Made by a program: the position numbers and the translations under genes | The notes under the pieces: generated by a model | Seen by the model: the letters and a program-made list of their open reading frames with translations, nothing else | What the model was told of the DNA's origin: nothing | Database searches by the model: none | Source of the DNA: Camelus dromedarius | Taxonomy: Eukaryota | Assembly (NCBI RefSeq): GCF_036321535.1 | Contig: NC_087436.1 | Span: 19,160,001 to 19,224,000 of the forward strand | Direction: 5' to 3' | DNA: 64,000 nt | Shown here: piece by piece, positions 1-13,649 of the stretch | How positions within the stretch are numbered: the first letter of the stretch is position 1 | Layout of the letters: each line of letters begins with the position of its first letter

Positions 1-379
1 TGGAGTTTAACTTAAAAACAAATAATGGATTTTTTAGGGCTGAAACACCTCCTAGTGAGGAAAGGGCATTTTTGTGGAGAGAAGCGGTAGTTACTCTGAT
101 AAACCTGTGCAGGAGGTCATGGACAGCCTGACATTTAAAGAGGGAAGGCTACCCTTGTATATCAGGTGCTGAGGAAGGAAATGGTGATTCCCTTTGGCCA
201 TCATCAATTTCGACCTGTAAATGTTCCAAGTAGAGTAAATTCTGAACTTTAGAAAGTAAATGTATCTCATGAAGTCCTCAGATTTCAAAGAGAAAAATAC
301 TTTACTAAAAATCACGGCCTTGTGTTCAAGGCCTTGTGCAAAGTTAGGCCAGCTCCACAAACAAATATTGCAACCATAA

Positions 380-765
380 AGTTATCTGAGTGAAGTCAGT
401 CAGACAGAGAAAGACAAATTTCATACGCTATCACTTGTATGTGGAATCTAAGAAAAAATGATACAAATTCTATTTACAAACCAAAAACAGACTCACAGAC
501 TAAACAAGCTATGGTTACCAAAGGGGAAAGGGCGGGGAGGGATAAATTAGGAGTTTGGGATTAGCAGATACTAACTACTATCTATAAAATAGATAAACAA
601 CAAGGTCCTACTGTATAGCACAGGGAACTAAATTCAATTTCTTATAATAATATATAATGGAAAAGAATCTGAAAAGAAAAAAAGTGTATGTATATGTATA
701 ATTCACTTTGCTGTACACTTGAAACTAACATTGTAAATCACCAGGATTCAATTTTTTTTTTTTAA
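380..765 (+). mobile_element. 5'-truncated LINE-1 3' end (cetartiodactyl type)
   Basis: Diagnostic L1 3'UTR text 'gggataaattaggagtttgggattagcagatac...caacaaggtcctactgtatagcacagggaact...cactttgctgtacac...cattgtaaatca'. Confidence 0.85.
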
Positions 766-2764
766 AGGGAAAAATAGTTTGGGGAGGGAGCAGTGGAAAA
801 AAAAGAAAAGAAATAGGACCGTCCTCTCTTAGTGCGTTGTTTTTAGGCAGGACTTTTCTTCCTCTCTAAGTACTCCATTCTACTTCCTAATTTTAGGAAC
901 ATAAACTTTACTCAGTCTTCAGTACATTCAGTGAATTATTTTCTTCGCATTATTTAGCAATAACGTAGCCTATCAAAAATTATACTATGAAAGAAAAATT
1001 CATCCTAGTGATACTTCGTTTACTCTTATAATACACAATTCTTGTAGTAGTATTTAGTTATTCCATATACAAAGCAATAGCTATTTCTTTGTTTGCAGAC
1101 ATATCAGCATCATTAGAGTAATTTAGGATATTTCTGAGGTTGGTGTTAGCTGGTATACGTGGTTGATCTAAATCTCTAGCCTCCTCAGCAGCGTCCCAAA
1201 GAAAAATGCAAATAAACAATGCATCAGAAAGAAATCGTTACACAAATATTCTAGCAACTCATGGATTGTTGGTAAATATTAACAATGGAGGATATGGATA
1301 TATTTGTAAAATGATATATACTTAGGGTTTTGCTAAGCAATTGTCATTTAATTTTACTTATTCTCTTAACTCAATGGGTGCAAACAAAGGCAAAAGCATT
1401 GTACATAAGAAGATATTTCTGACAAAGGATGCTTTATTTAATTTGCAATGTTTAAGGCACAGTTTATGGGGAGAGGATTCTTATAGTTTTTCCTGTTTTA
1501 GTTTCTTTCTCTACTTTTTTTTTTGTTACCTTCTCCGTTAAAAGTCACTCATCCTTGATAAGAGTGGGCTCCTCATGTAAACAATAATCTAACTGACATA
1601 CACATGCCTTGGCAGATTCCACAGTAACACACCTAAAACAAGTTTTCCTTTTAGCCACTTTCCTAAGTGAAGACTTTTATCTACCACTGAAACCATGGTG
1701 CAACCCAAGTAAATGCGAGATCTTTGTGGCTTTCTCGGTGGGAGACCATATTTTAAAAAAACATCCAGCAACCTAAAACATATTTCAATTTCTTCTTACT
1801 TGTCCTCAAAGAACAGGAGATAAAATTCTTAACTCACTACAACAGTATTTTTTCTACTCCTCTCTCCTTCCATCTTTAAGATTTTTCTATTTGTCTAGGT
1901 CTAGATATCCCGAAGCCTGTATCTTCCTGGCACTCCCTGGACCCGGAAGTCCCCTTCTGTGTTCTACTCACACGTGGTTAATCACCCCTCTCCCTCCCCT
2001 CTCTCATTCTGCCTATTTTTCTCTCTCAGATCAAGAAATCATGGCTCTTTTTAGCAGGATCATTTCTACTTCTTGCATCCCTACTCTTCCCCCAAATTCT
2101 CTCATCTGCATAATAAAACCCAGCATTGGGGAGGGGGGCGCCGGTAGGCCAGGCCAGAACTCATAGCTGCAAATACTCCGGCAGGAACACTTTTGATTCT
2201 CTTGCTCCTTATGTGACACATTCTTGAAAATTACATGTCAGAAGAACAGAAACATTTAAAAAAAGAGAGAGAGAGAGAAATAGAAAGTTAAGAAGCCAAG
2301 GTGAAGGAAAGATCAAGAAAGGGGCTCTTTGCGGCTCTGTCCTCCTTTATGTCTTCATTGCATTAATTCACATACTTCAACTCTGCAAAATTCTGCATGT
2401 TTGCAGTATAGGATAATGTGACAAATCTTTCTGATGGACCTTGCCTACTAATGTATAGAGTCTGAATCAGCTGTCTGCAAGAGCAATTGCTTCTTTGATC
2501 TGCCTTCCACCCTGTCCTGTCTTCATTTGGCTCTGTGTACGTGACTGTGAGAAGACAGTTTGGAGCCAGTTTAATAGGGTATCATAATATTTTAGGTAGA
2601 GTTGTCTAGGGTGGACACAAATGCTCACATCTACCAAATCTGTAATTCTTAGAAGTCTGCATGAAGAAAGGCAGTAAATACCACCATTTTTCAGATAAGG
2701 AACTCTCAACTGCTTTTTAGAGAGAATATTTAACAGCTCTTTGGAGAGAGAGGGTAACGAAATA

Positions 2765-2960
2765 GTTAAGATAGTAAAGTTTAAATCAGGCTGCTAGAGG
2801 TTGGAACCTCACCACATGACATCGCACAAGTGACTTAACCTTTCTGAGCATCAGTTTCTTCATCTATAAAGTGGGAATAATACTGTTCCCTAACTCAGCA
2901 CTTATGTAAGAAAATGTGTGTAAAGTTTGTGCTGTAAGATCTAACATATAGAAAACTGTA
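2765..2960 (+). mobile_element. MIR SINE
   Basis: Core 'caagtgacttaacctttctgagcatcagtttcttcatctataaagtgggaataatac'. Confidence 0.75.
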
Positions 2961-3234
2961 ACTATTACATTACCATTAATATGCATAAAATAATTATTTT
3001 CCAAAGTGCCACCAGATGGTCAAACACCTACAAAATCATGACTTCTGGGTTTTGCTCTAGGCCTGAGTAATCCCAAACTTACAGTTAGCATAGGATAAAA
3101 TGTTAAATGTGTAGGTGAAAGTCTTTTAAAAAAGTGTTGGAATTAGGATTTTATTTAGACACTATGTTACATGATAAAGATCAGCTTTATATCACATAGT
3201 TCAAGTGTACATAGTAATATCAAATTGTTTTATT

Positions 3235-3552
3235 TATTTAATGTTTCAAGTGTATAGCAAAGTGATTCATTTATACATATATAAAAGTATACATATGTAT
3301 ATTCTTTTTTAGATTCTTTTCCATTACAGGTTATTACAAGATATTGACTATAGTTCCCTGTGCTATACAGTAGGTCCTTGTTGTTTATCTATTTTATATA
3401 GTAGTGTGTATCTGTTAATTCCAAATTCTTAATTTATCCCTCCTCTCCCCTTCCTCCTTTGGTGACCATTAGTGTGTTTTCTATGTAGCTCTATTTCAGT
3501 TTTGTAAATAAACTCATTTACATCATCTTTTTAGATTCCACATATAAGAGAT
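3235..3552 (-). mobile_element. 5'-truncated LINE-1 3' end
   Basis: Reverse complement of the same L1 3'UTR ('atagttccctgtgctatacagtaggtccttgttgtttatctattttatata'). Confidence 0.85.
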
Positions 3553-3627
3553 ACCTTTCATTGTTAAGTGATTGTATATTTGCACTGACCGTAGGTGTTG
3601 AACTGCAGTCTCTGCATGGAAGGTAAC

Positions 3628-3850
3628 TGTGGTGTAGCAAGAGCACGTGAGAGCTGAAGTTAGAGGCCATGGACTTAGTCCTGTCTGCCACGTACTGGCT
3701 GCTGACCTTAGGTTAGTCACTTAACTTCTTGGAGGCTCAGTTACCTATTTTTTTTTAACATTTGTTTATTGAGTTAGTCATTTTACAATGTTGTATCAGT
3801 TAACTATTTGTAAAATAAGGATGACAATGACAGATTCACTGTATCTCTGT
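3628..3850 (+). mobile_element. MIR SINE interrupted by a ~45-bp L1 tail (3751-3795, minus strand)
   Basis: MIR core 'gaccttaggttagtcacttaacttcttggaggctcagtt...atttgtaaaataaggatgac'. The insert is flanked by tcagttacctattt / tcagttaactattt. Confidence 0.7.
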
Positions 3851-6800
3851 GCAAATCAAATGAAAAAAATGTTATGTTTACACTTTAAATTATAAACAAT
3901 TTTCAAATGTAAGATACTGTTGTTACTACAGGTTATGCTATATTTAGCATGAATAATGACAGCAATGATACTCAAGTAGGTAACATTTATTGAGAATCTA
4001 TTCAAATTGCCTGCTTTGTACTTACTTTTTTCATAACTGTAATTCACTAAATCTATTACATGTAAATTACATAGTGCTTAAGTTTATCTTTGTATTAGCA
4101 CATATTTTTATAATGGAAATATAACAAACCAACATTTTATGAACAACTTATTATTAATTTGTTAATAACTTATCCTTGAGTCAAAAAAAAAGGCATTTAT
4201 CCAAAAAAAGGAATTTGAGTCATTTCTTTATTTAAAGATCAGAGCTCTTCCCTACCCACTAAATAGAAGTTGTCTTTACTTGTGATTAGAAATCATTACC
4301 CAAAATTGACCCTTCTGTTCCTGTTTAATGTGAGCTCAGATGCTGGCATGAAGGAAACCATGGCCTCCTCCTCCCAGAGGACCGCTGGTTATCATTACAC
4401 AGAACGGGCAGACAGGCCTGCTTGCAGCCAGTGTGTGTCCTGGTCTCGTGGTTCATCCCCAGCTTCTGAAACAAGCTAAAGTGGGCTCGCCACGCAGCTG
4501 CAGATGGTTCACGTGCAAGCTCAGGGTCTCAGCAGTCATTTTCCTGCTTTACATCAGAGTTTCATCCGCTTTATCCTTTTGTCCCATGACCCACCTCAGG
4601 CAGTCTCCTTCTTGGGAATCTAAAGGAGCAGCTGTTCCACTTCCCATTTCCCCCAGTTGCTGCCACACAGACCTCTTTCTGCTCAGCATCGTATCCCCTC
4701 CCCACCAGTATACACATACTTCCTACTTCCGCTTCGCTCTATACATTTTGTTAAGTAGCGAAATGTTCAAAATACCCATTATCTGACTGGCAAAAGAAAG
4801 CTGATAGAATTAGAAAGAATATTGATGCAAGAAGAAAATAGTCATAGTTCCTAATTTAAAACAAATGGCTTATTTCCAAACTTCATAGAACTATATTATT
4901 CAAAATTCTCATGCCATAACTTGAGGCATAATATAAGCATGTATTCCATATATGAGCTTGCTTAAACAGTTAGCCTCATTTGGAAAATAGTATTTTAAGT
5001 ACTTCATAAAAAATGTGTTTTAATAATTCGGAGATTATGAAAACACAAAATGCTTTACTAATAATTTTGCTACTGTTATCTTTGTATTTAAAGTCATGAC
5101 CTTTCTAGAGCATTAAAACAGATAACCTTACGGTAACAACTTAACATGAATTTCTGTAACAAAGACTGCAGAGTAGACTCTTAATAAATTGAATATTTTT
5201 AACATTTCCTCATTAATGAGGAGCTTAACTCTCTTTAAACTTTTTTGCTTTTCAGTATTCCTAATGGTTCTTTTTATTTAGTGTTACAGCTTAGGAAAAT
5301 AACATTTGTGCTTTTTCTTGTTTTTAAATGATAAATACATATGGTATTTGTGATATAAATTATAGTATTGGTCATTTAAATGACAAAAACATCATAGAAA
5401 AACTAGAAAACTCAGAAAATAAAAATCTGTATTTTTTTAAGACAGTAATCTGCATGGCAAAATATGCAAATTGTAGACTCATGGAAATGAAGAGATATTG
5501 TGTGTCAGGAAAAGAAAGTTGATGGCCTAAATTAATATAAACACTGGTTTTCTAGTAATACAATTTATTGATTTTTTTTTGAAATGTGAAAGCTGGTTTT
5601 AAATTCTCTTGAGATCTAGAATACCACCTTAACCAAAACTTTCTGACTATTATTTTTAAAAAGTGCTACTAGTGTAGCTCTTTACAAAGGTGCTGAAATT
5701 TTTGTTTCCAGTCTTTCACATTTTAAGAAATAATGCAAAAAAAAAAAAAAGAAAAAAGAAATAGTGCAAAAATTTCTTATATTTGCTTTGAGAGAAAATG
5801 AAGAGAAGGATCATTATTTTTGTATTTGGTTCATTCTAAAAAGGATGAACTTGGAGACTCTGAAAATTGAGTACTCTAATCAACTATCCCGAATAGTGAC
5901 ATATGGGATATAATGTCTGTAGACTCCTTAAAGTTCAAGGCCTAGCATATGAAAATGTTCTCTGGAGCAATAAAGCAACCTGCATAGTTCATCACAGGAC
6001 TAATTGTATAACAGACCTAGAGGCAACGGCACAGCTGTTAGCTCCCGTTGATCCAGAGGCCCCCAAAGAAGAGGCATCACACCTGCAAGAACCCGGAGAT
6101 GATTATAGGATTAGACACGTTAAACAGCGATGGTGTGCGGACCGTACTTTGTCATTATAGATCGAGCCAAATTATGTATTTCCCCTCTCCAACACAAAAG
6201 GGGTAGCTTCAGCAAGAAAAATGTAATTCAACATCTTAAATCTTACCTGAAGTATTCTCAAAAGTATCTGTAGTGCAGACAGTTACTTCAGCGAACAGCC
6301 ATATTGACTTTAGAGATTATCGGTGTAATTAATGCTCAATAAAAACAACATATACTAGACTTTAAAAAATAGTATTAATTCTATAATCTTAATATTCAAC
6401 CCGTGTACTTAAAAAATGATTTTAAAACTGTTTTATCCAGTAATTTCAACTTTCTCCTTAAAGAAACATATAAAAGTTTACTTAATAACTAATAAAACAG
6501 ACTTGTCGACTTAATCGACATTTTTTTCCATGTCTATTCACCTTCCTTTTTTTTTTCCTAAATGATAATGATGATGGCCAAGGATGAAGAAAGAGAAGGA
6601 CGGTAATGAAGAAACTAACCCACCACAAAACAGTGTTTGGCTCCTGAATAATTAAGGAGCCAAAAGTTAAGGGTTGATTATATAGATGTGTGTAATAGCT
6701 TTAGTTTGTGAGCATTTCAAAGGAGAAAGTTAGTATTCTTTTACATAAAAGCATGACATAGAGGCAAAAAAAAAAAAAAAGAAATCAAATAGTATCAAAG

Positions 6801-7264
6801 ATTGACAAGGATGTGAAACAGCAGGAACTGGGGTTAGAGGTGGAGGCTGGTTTAGAGAGTGATCAGCTGGGTGAGTGTCAGTGTGTGATTACTCTATGGT
6901 GCTGGCCCCTACTCCACAGAGAAACTCTTCAGTAACATGTTAGAGAAGGCCCACAAGGGGAAAGGGAATAAAACAGGGAAGGAGAATGAAGGAAAAAAAC
7001 ATGAAAAGCAATCAAGGGTTGTGCACAGACCAGTAGCGTGTCCTGCTTTAAGGAGTGCAGCTAACTTGACTCTATGTGCTCGAGTTTCATAATAAATGAA
7101 TGACATAAAATAGCCATCACTAAATGCTTTGGATTGCAGCCTGAATATTTCTCATGGTTCTTACCCAAATATGCATTTTTCAGATATTTTTTGCAACACT
7201 TACAAAGCATTCTTTGAGTTTCTGGTAGATATTTTTGCCCAGCTATTAGACGAACAATCTTGAT

Positions 7265-7585
7265 GTTTTGATTGGAGTTTCCCCAGTCGCAGACTTGGAG
7301 ACATAGATTTGAGTACAGGTGGTTTATCTGGGAGAGGTTCCACCAGCAGGAGCATCAGTCCTGCTGAGCACTCTGGGAAACAAATCAGTTATCCCAATGG
7401 AGAAACAAGGGAGCTGGTGTATTTATCCACCAGTTCCCAACCTTTATTGGTTGAGAGCTGCTTCCAGGAACACTAATTCTCTGGCAATTCCAGTTTACCG
7501 TGAGCCCAGCCATCAGGCAGAAAGTGCCAGGTGCTGGCTCAGAAGCCTTTGGCTGCAGAGATTACGGGAGCAGCACTGATGCTGT
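7265..7585 (-). mobile_element. ERVL-type LTR fragment (LTR16-like)
   Basis: 'gtttccccagtcgcagacttggagacatagatttgagtacaggtggtttatctgggagaggttcc' resembles the reverse-complemented 3' end of LTR16-class elements. Confidence 0.5.
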
Positions 7586-7749
7586 CGATGACGCCAGTGC
7601 AAATCACTTGACTTCTAAGCTTCCTTTTCCATCCTGTAAAATAGGGATAATAAATTTCCTGTGAAGATTAAATGAGACAAAATAGTCATGTGCTTGGCAT
7701 TTAGTTACCGTTCAATAACTGATAGCTTTGTTCTGTTTTAAGAACACTC

Positions 7750-8270
7750 ACGATTTTGCATATCTTTTGACTCAGAAATTACTCATTTCAAAATTTATCT
7801 AAAGGAAATAATTATTAATGTATACAAATATTTAGCTGTAATATTGTTTGCTATAATTATTAATATATTCAGAGATTTAGCTATAACTTTTATATACAAT
7901 GTTATTTGTTGTTTATAATGGGTAAAAATCCAGAAACAAAGTAAGTGTACAATAGCAAATTGATTAAACATTATTGAGTATCCTGTGACACAAAAAGTAA
8001 ATATTTTATAACAATAAAAGTATTATCTATGAATTAAGCAAACTATTAGGGCACAAAACAATGTACATTATGACTACTTATATAACGTTACATACATAGA
8101 TATATACATGTATATATGAAAATACTGGAAACATCAAATTGTTTTCAGTTTTCTGTGGAAACTGTAGTAATGAATGACTTTAATTTTCTATTTTGGGGGG
8201 AGTTATGGATCTGTATTCCCCCAAATTTCTACAATTAACATACATTGATTTTGTAATAAAAAAGTAAACT
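7750..8270 (+). mobile_element. Old L1 (L1ME-like) 3' fragment
   Basis: Degenerate 'catatcttttgactcagaaatt...atttatctaaaggaaataat', ending 'tttctacaattaacatacattgattttgtaataaaaa'. Confidence 0.55.
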
Positions 8271-8759
8271 ATTATTTCTTTCCATTCCCATTAAAATTTA
8301 AAGGTTTTAATTAATAATTTCAGTTGGTTTTATATAGACTGTTCATAGTAAAAATCTTCAGCATAGGATTGATCATAGATAGCACTTAGTCATTTTTGCA
8401 GCTCATCTCAACCCAAAACATTAAAGAAAGTTATTAAATGCCTAAGAAGTAATAAAGGACATTTAAAGATGACCTGATAAAGTAAAAAGATAACACATAA
8501 ATTATAAAGCAAAAATAATAAAATAGGAAGAAAAATACAGCCCTACAGCTTATGGTATCTTGAGTAGATCTGGCCAGAGTCCATATGAACAAGACTAGTA
8601 ATAGCTATGTCAATAGTGGACTATTATTTGTTTTAAACTTCCGTTTGGCGCACATTGTTCAATAACAGATCTGAGCAGTTTCCTCTCACTCAAGTAGATT
8701 CTTATTAGAGTGCAAGACTGCATTATCCATAGAGGAAACAGACACCTAAGGCATACTTG

Positions 8760-9380
8760 TGCCATCCTTGGAACCGGAACCAAGAGCTAGAGAGGCAACG
8801 GGGAAGCTCTGTCTGATTTGGAGATTGAGGTAATGGCATTTGAATTGAACCACTCAAGATAAATGGTGCCTGTCCCCTCAGTGGAGAGGAAACAGCACAA
8901 GTAAACGCCTGGGAGGGCAGAAAATGCTTTCCATCACATTTGGAGTGTGAGTGTGGGGGCAGTGGGGCTGTTGGGGGAGAGGCTTAAAAGACAGGGTGGT
9001 GGGATGAGATCTTTAAGAACCTAAGTAGGGCAGGAACTTGTTTTAGAAGACAGCCCAGCAGTTGTGTATAGGACCAAAAGAAAGACAGGAGAAGGGAAGA
9101 CTAATTATAGGGCTCTTCTGATATATTCCAGGTAAGCAATAATGAGCCTCTGAACTCGGGTGTTTGTGGTGTAGCCCATAATGGACACATTTGAGAGACA
9201 TTTCACAGCTCTACAATTTTCCTGACTGGGTAGATAAAGTACACAGACAGGATGGAGACCAAGATGAATCTGATGTTTTTTAGTTTGAGTAATCCAAGGT
9301 ATGATGATACTGTTAACTGAGATGAAGCCCCAGGAGGAGACACAGCTAGGCAGAAGAACTTTTAATAGCAAATGGGAGGA
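8760..9380 (-). mobile_element. LINE-2 fragment
   Basis: Purine-rich L2 antisense text ('atttgagagacattt...gatgaatctgatgttttttagtttgagtaat...atgatactgttaactgagatg'). Confidence 0.6.
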
Positions 9381-9791
9381 CATCTATTATCTTTGTCTTC
9401 CCAGAATATTGCACTGTTCCCACCATAACCTTTCTGCTGGCTATGAACTTGTCTCTAACCTTGGGGTTACAGATATCACCACCAGCATTACATCTCACCC
9501 CAGCACATCTCTAGGAGAGGGTCCCTAAACAAACTAAGCCAATCAGGTTGCTTCCCTGATCATGATGTTTTTTTGAATCAGAGCCAGTCCACTGTGGTCA
9601 GGAGTTAGCCTGGGAGCTTCTAGAGGAGTGGAGAGTGGTTGGCTGAGAGAATAAAATTAACACACCAAGAGAGAAAAACAAGAAACAGAGATGCACTCCA
9701 ATGTTCATAGCAGCACTGTTTACAATAGCCAAGACATGGAAGCAACCTAAATATGCACTGACAGATTTCTGGATAGAGAAAATGTGGTATA

Positions 9792-9792
<1 letters not shown>

Positions 9793-9837
<45 letters not shown>

Positions 9838-9841
9838 TCTC
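9793..9841 (+). repeat. Compound (TCTG)n(TCTA)n microsatellite
   Basis: Seen directly. Confidence 0.95.
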
Positions 9842-10208
9842 CAATGGAATACTACTCAGCCATTAAAAAGAATGAAATAATGCCATCTGCAGTAACATAG
9901 ATGGACTTAGAGATTATCCTACTAAGTGAAGCCAGAAGAAGAAAGACAAATATCGTAGGCTATCACTTATTTGTGGAATCTAAAAAAAAATGGCACAAAT
10001 GAACTTATTCACAAAACAGAAACATACTCACAGATATAGAAAACAAACTTATGGTTACTAGGGGCTAAGGGGAGGATAAATTAGGAGTACAGGATTTGCA
10101 GATACTCCTAAATATAAGATAGATAAACAACAAGGTCTTACTATATAGCATAGGGAACCATATTCAATAGCTTGTAATAACCTATAATGATAAAGAATAT
10201 GAAAAAGA

Positions 10209-10293
10209 GTATATATATATATTATATATATATATTATATATATAATATATATATATATATATAATATATATATATATATATAATATATATAT
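10209..10293. repeat. Imperfect (TA)n tract inside the L1 3'UTR
   Basis: About 85 bp of only A/T, mostly alternating. Confidence 0.95.
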
Positions 10294-10519
10294 AACTGAA
10301 TCACTATGCTATACAAGAGAAACTAACATAATATTGTAAATCAATTATACTTCCATTTAAAAAAGAAAAGAAAAGAAGTGGAAGAAACAGTTGCTAGCAG
10401 CATTTGAGTCCCTAGTTTCCCCTTTTGCCTAAATTAGATTGGGGTGGTTTTTGCCCCATGAAATCAAATGAGCCCTACCTGATAGGAGAGCATCCTCATG
10501 AACAACAATAACAACTACT

Positions 10520-10745
10520 GGGTCCTTGTGTGATACGTGTCTAGAACTGTGCCCAACCATATTACTTATATGCTTTATCTCACTGAATCCTCACAAGACC
10601 CCTAAAAGGCAGATATTAATAGTATTTTGTATTAGTTCCCATTTCACAGATGAAGAAGGCTGAGACTTAGACTAAGTGACCTCCCTATGGTCACAAAGCT
10701 AGCAAATGTAGCGCCAAGACTGACTGAGGAGTAGGCTACATTCCT
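10520..10745 (-). mobile_element. MIR SINE
   Basis: 'ttatctcactgaatcctcacaagaccc...cccatttcacagatgaagaaggctgagacttag...aagtgacctccctatggtcacaaagctagcaaatg'. Confidence 0.75.
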
Positions 10746-11566
10746 AACTGCCGATGCTGTCGCAACTGGGGAAGCTGTCAGTAAGATGATTTTAAACTCC
10801 TTTGTTAAGTCTCATCACAAATCTCCCATATAAATTTTTAATAACATTCTCATCTGTTCTGCTTAATGAAGTACTGATTGGCACAAGTTACACTTTCTTA
10901 TTCTTGTCCAGTGGAAATTATTACAGAATAACACTCGAACCTTAAAAAGAAAAATCGCCTGTCTGCTGCTGGGCCAGTTCAGTGTCAGCACAGAATTGGG
11001 GGAAGACGGCGGGAGGACACAGGGAGTGGGGAGGGCAGGTGGAATCAGGCTCAGAGTGACCCACTGCTTTGTAGCTTCTCCAGAGAAAGAGATGTCAGGA
11101 ATTCTCACCTCTAATCTCATCTCCCATCCCCCTCTTATCTTCCATTGGCATAGACAGTGGGGTACCATGGATTCTTCATTGGTTATGACTTAACTGCTTA
11201 GCTGAACTTGCCTTGTTTTCTCTGGATGCTTTGCTGACAATGAAATATTTAGCAGTGCTAGAGTTAATATATCTGTAAAAAGGAAAAGTAATAGAGTTCT
11301 CTTTCAAAAGCAGTGTGTTCAACACATTATTCCTACAACCCCTAGTCTCTTCTTGCTACTGATGCAAATTTGCTATCCACCAGCAACTCTCAGTAAATGC
11401 AAGAGAAAGGGCATAATAAGTATCATTTGTTAGATTTTCAGCTAAAGAATCTGGTAGGGCAGAATTTTATAATTTGGGGATAAAATAATATAGGGAGAGG
11501 GAGATAGAGTCCTTCCTGTAAACTTCAGTTCTCAGTTCTCTCTGTTAGTGTCTTAACCGTTATCAC

Positions 11567-11832
11567 AGTGTGATGTAGTGGTTAAGAGCATGGCCCCTAG
11601 AGTTACATTACCTGATTCCAAATCCTGGTCCTGCCACTTCTAATTCTGTGACCTTGGGTGAATTACTTAACCTCTCTTGTGCCCCCGCTGCTTACCTGCA
11701 GCATAAGGATTACGTCAATATCAGTTAGGTACTAATAGGTACCCACAAGGTGGTTGTGAAGGTTAAATGGGTTAACATGTGGAAAGTACTTAGCACTATG
11801 TCTGGCATCCTTCACTCCCTCCATAAACGCTG
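11567..11832 (+). mobile_element. MIR SINE, near full length
   Basis: 'gtagtggttaagagcatgg...caaatcctggtcctgccacttctaattctgtgaccttgggtgaattacttaacctctc...gttgtgaaggttaaatg...aaagtacttagcac'. Confidence 0.85.
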
Positions 11833-12609
11833 CAGAATATTACAGAATAGTAAAAGTATGATTTTCTGGGTTATTGCAAGGATTATGTTATTCTTACTGC
11901 CACCACTGACTTCCCAGGTCATAGACAAATCTCTTAGCATCCTGCTTTGTAAAATGAAGATGGTATTTATTAATAGAGCATGTAGATGAAAATTCCAATG
12001 GAATTGTTAAGAGATAATGGTTTATTGGTCCTTATTATTGTACTGCAAATGATTTAACTATACATTTTTCCTAAATTTAATTAAACATATTCATTTTCCC
12101 TATGAGCTTATATTAGCTTACAGCAGAGTGACTGTTTATGATGTTCATTTTACATGTCTATAATATCACAGATATTAACAAAATAAACATTTTCCTTTTA
12201 AAATGGTACATAAATAATTATTATTAATATCTGTCACAAGTTTTCAAAGCAAAAATTACTTTTTACCTGTGTATTATAATAGATTATATGGGAATGGAAA
12301 AGTACTGTCCAGGCAATCATTCCAGTCTTCAAAATCGGATTTGAAAGTGCCAGAAAGACCACCAAAAGGGGAGTCAGACATCCTGAGTTCTAGTTGTGGT
12401 TTTATCAACAGGTGTTTTGTTCTTGGACAAGTCATTAAACCTTGTTAAGTTTCCTTAACGACATTGTTGTAGGACGCCATTATAATCTTGGTCAACAATA
12501 GGGTAGGTGGTACCAAAAGGAGCCAGAACTTGGAGGCTGGCCTGCATGATGGCACTGTCAGGCAGCATCATAGCACTGAGCAGGGAGAGAGGGCCAGGTA
12601 ATAGTGCCA

Positions 12610-12805
12610 TCACTGAAATGAGATGGCCTGGGTCTAAGTCTTTCCTTGATCACTTACCACTTGTATGACCTTGGTCCAGAGGCTTCATTCTATATGCTTC
12701 AGTTGCCTCACCTTAAAAAAAAGGTAAGGATAATAATAATGCCTATCTGCTGGTGTTGGGAAGATTAAATTAGTTAATATGTATAGTCTTAAGAGCAATC
12801 TATAA
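12610..12805 (+). mobile_element. MIR SINE
   Basis: 'cacttaccacttgtatgaccttgg...ttcagttgcctcacct...gttgggaagattaaattagttaatatgta'. Confidence 0.65.
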
Positions 12806-13390
12806 CTTACTCATCCAACAAATAGTTTTAGAGAATCTGTTGCCAAACCCTGCTCTAGACAATGGGAATACATCAATAGCGAAACAAAGATCTTTGTCCT
12901 CATGGCACTTCCATCCCATTGAAGAAAGATAGACAATGAAGATTAAACATAATGAACAACTGAGTTATGACAAACAGTTGATTGTTAGACAATAATAAGC
13001 ACTGTAGAAAAAAAGGAAAAAGCTAAAGGACTGATTCAGGAGGGCCAAAGCAAGTGGTAGGCGGGAGAAATTTCAAACAGACGACGAGAAGGCCTAATTG
13101 AGAAGCTGGCATTTGCAAAAAGACCGGAAGCAAATGAGAGAGTCAGCTAGGCAGGGGAGGGAAGTACGCTCCAAGCAGGGGTGATGGTCAGGACCAAAGC
13201 CCCAAGGCAGCAACATGCCCAGGAGGCTTGGGGCCAGAGGGGCAGAGGAGAAGCAAAACGAGAGCAGAGTAGCAGAAGCTGAAGTCAGAGAGACAAGATC
13301 ATGGATGGTCTTGGAGGCCATTATAAAGTGATGTGTTTTTTGTCTGTTTGAAAAGGGGAGTCATACAAGCAGAGGAAATGACATAAGAAA
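12806..13390 (-). mobile_element. LINE-2 3' fragment
   Basis: Starts with the L2 tail in reverse ('actcatccaacaaatagtttt...ctgctctagacaatgggaataca...gtcctcatggcactt'). Explains ORF 13094..13321. Confidence 0.75.
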
Positions 13391-13649
13391 TATTTTGTAT
13401 TAACTATTATCAGTGATTATAATTAGGCCATGTGATGAAAAAATAGCAACTGGTAACAGGCAAAGCTGTAACCAGGCAAGCCTGAGGTTAACGTCTAGAA
13501 CGCGGGACACTGGGCAGTGGGTACCCCTGCAGGTGAGTGCAGAGTAGCTTCTGGGAATGATGCCAAGAGGCAGTAAGCTGTAGGTGAAGCTAGGTCAGCG
13601 CAGTCACGCTCAGGGTTACCTGGCAGCAGGCATATCACAGCGCTTAAGA

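Larger units (their letters stand above)
9689..10381 (+). mobile_element. 5'-truncated LINE-1 (ORF2 end plus 3'UTR) with internal microsatellites
   Basis: 'atgcactccaatgttcatagcagcactgtttacaatagccaagacatggaagcaacctaaat...aatggaatactactcagccattaaaaagaatgaaataatgcc', A-rich tail, possible TSD aagaaacag (9680-88 / 10382-90). Confidence 0.9.

Noticed and set aside
13525..13540. Consensus donor CAG|GTGAGT at 13532/33 as a missing TTC29 exon end
   Set aside because: No good upstream acceptor and no TTC29-like reading frame. Isolated consensus donors are common in long introns.
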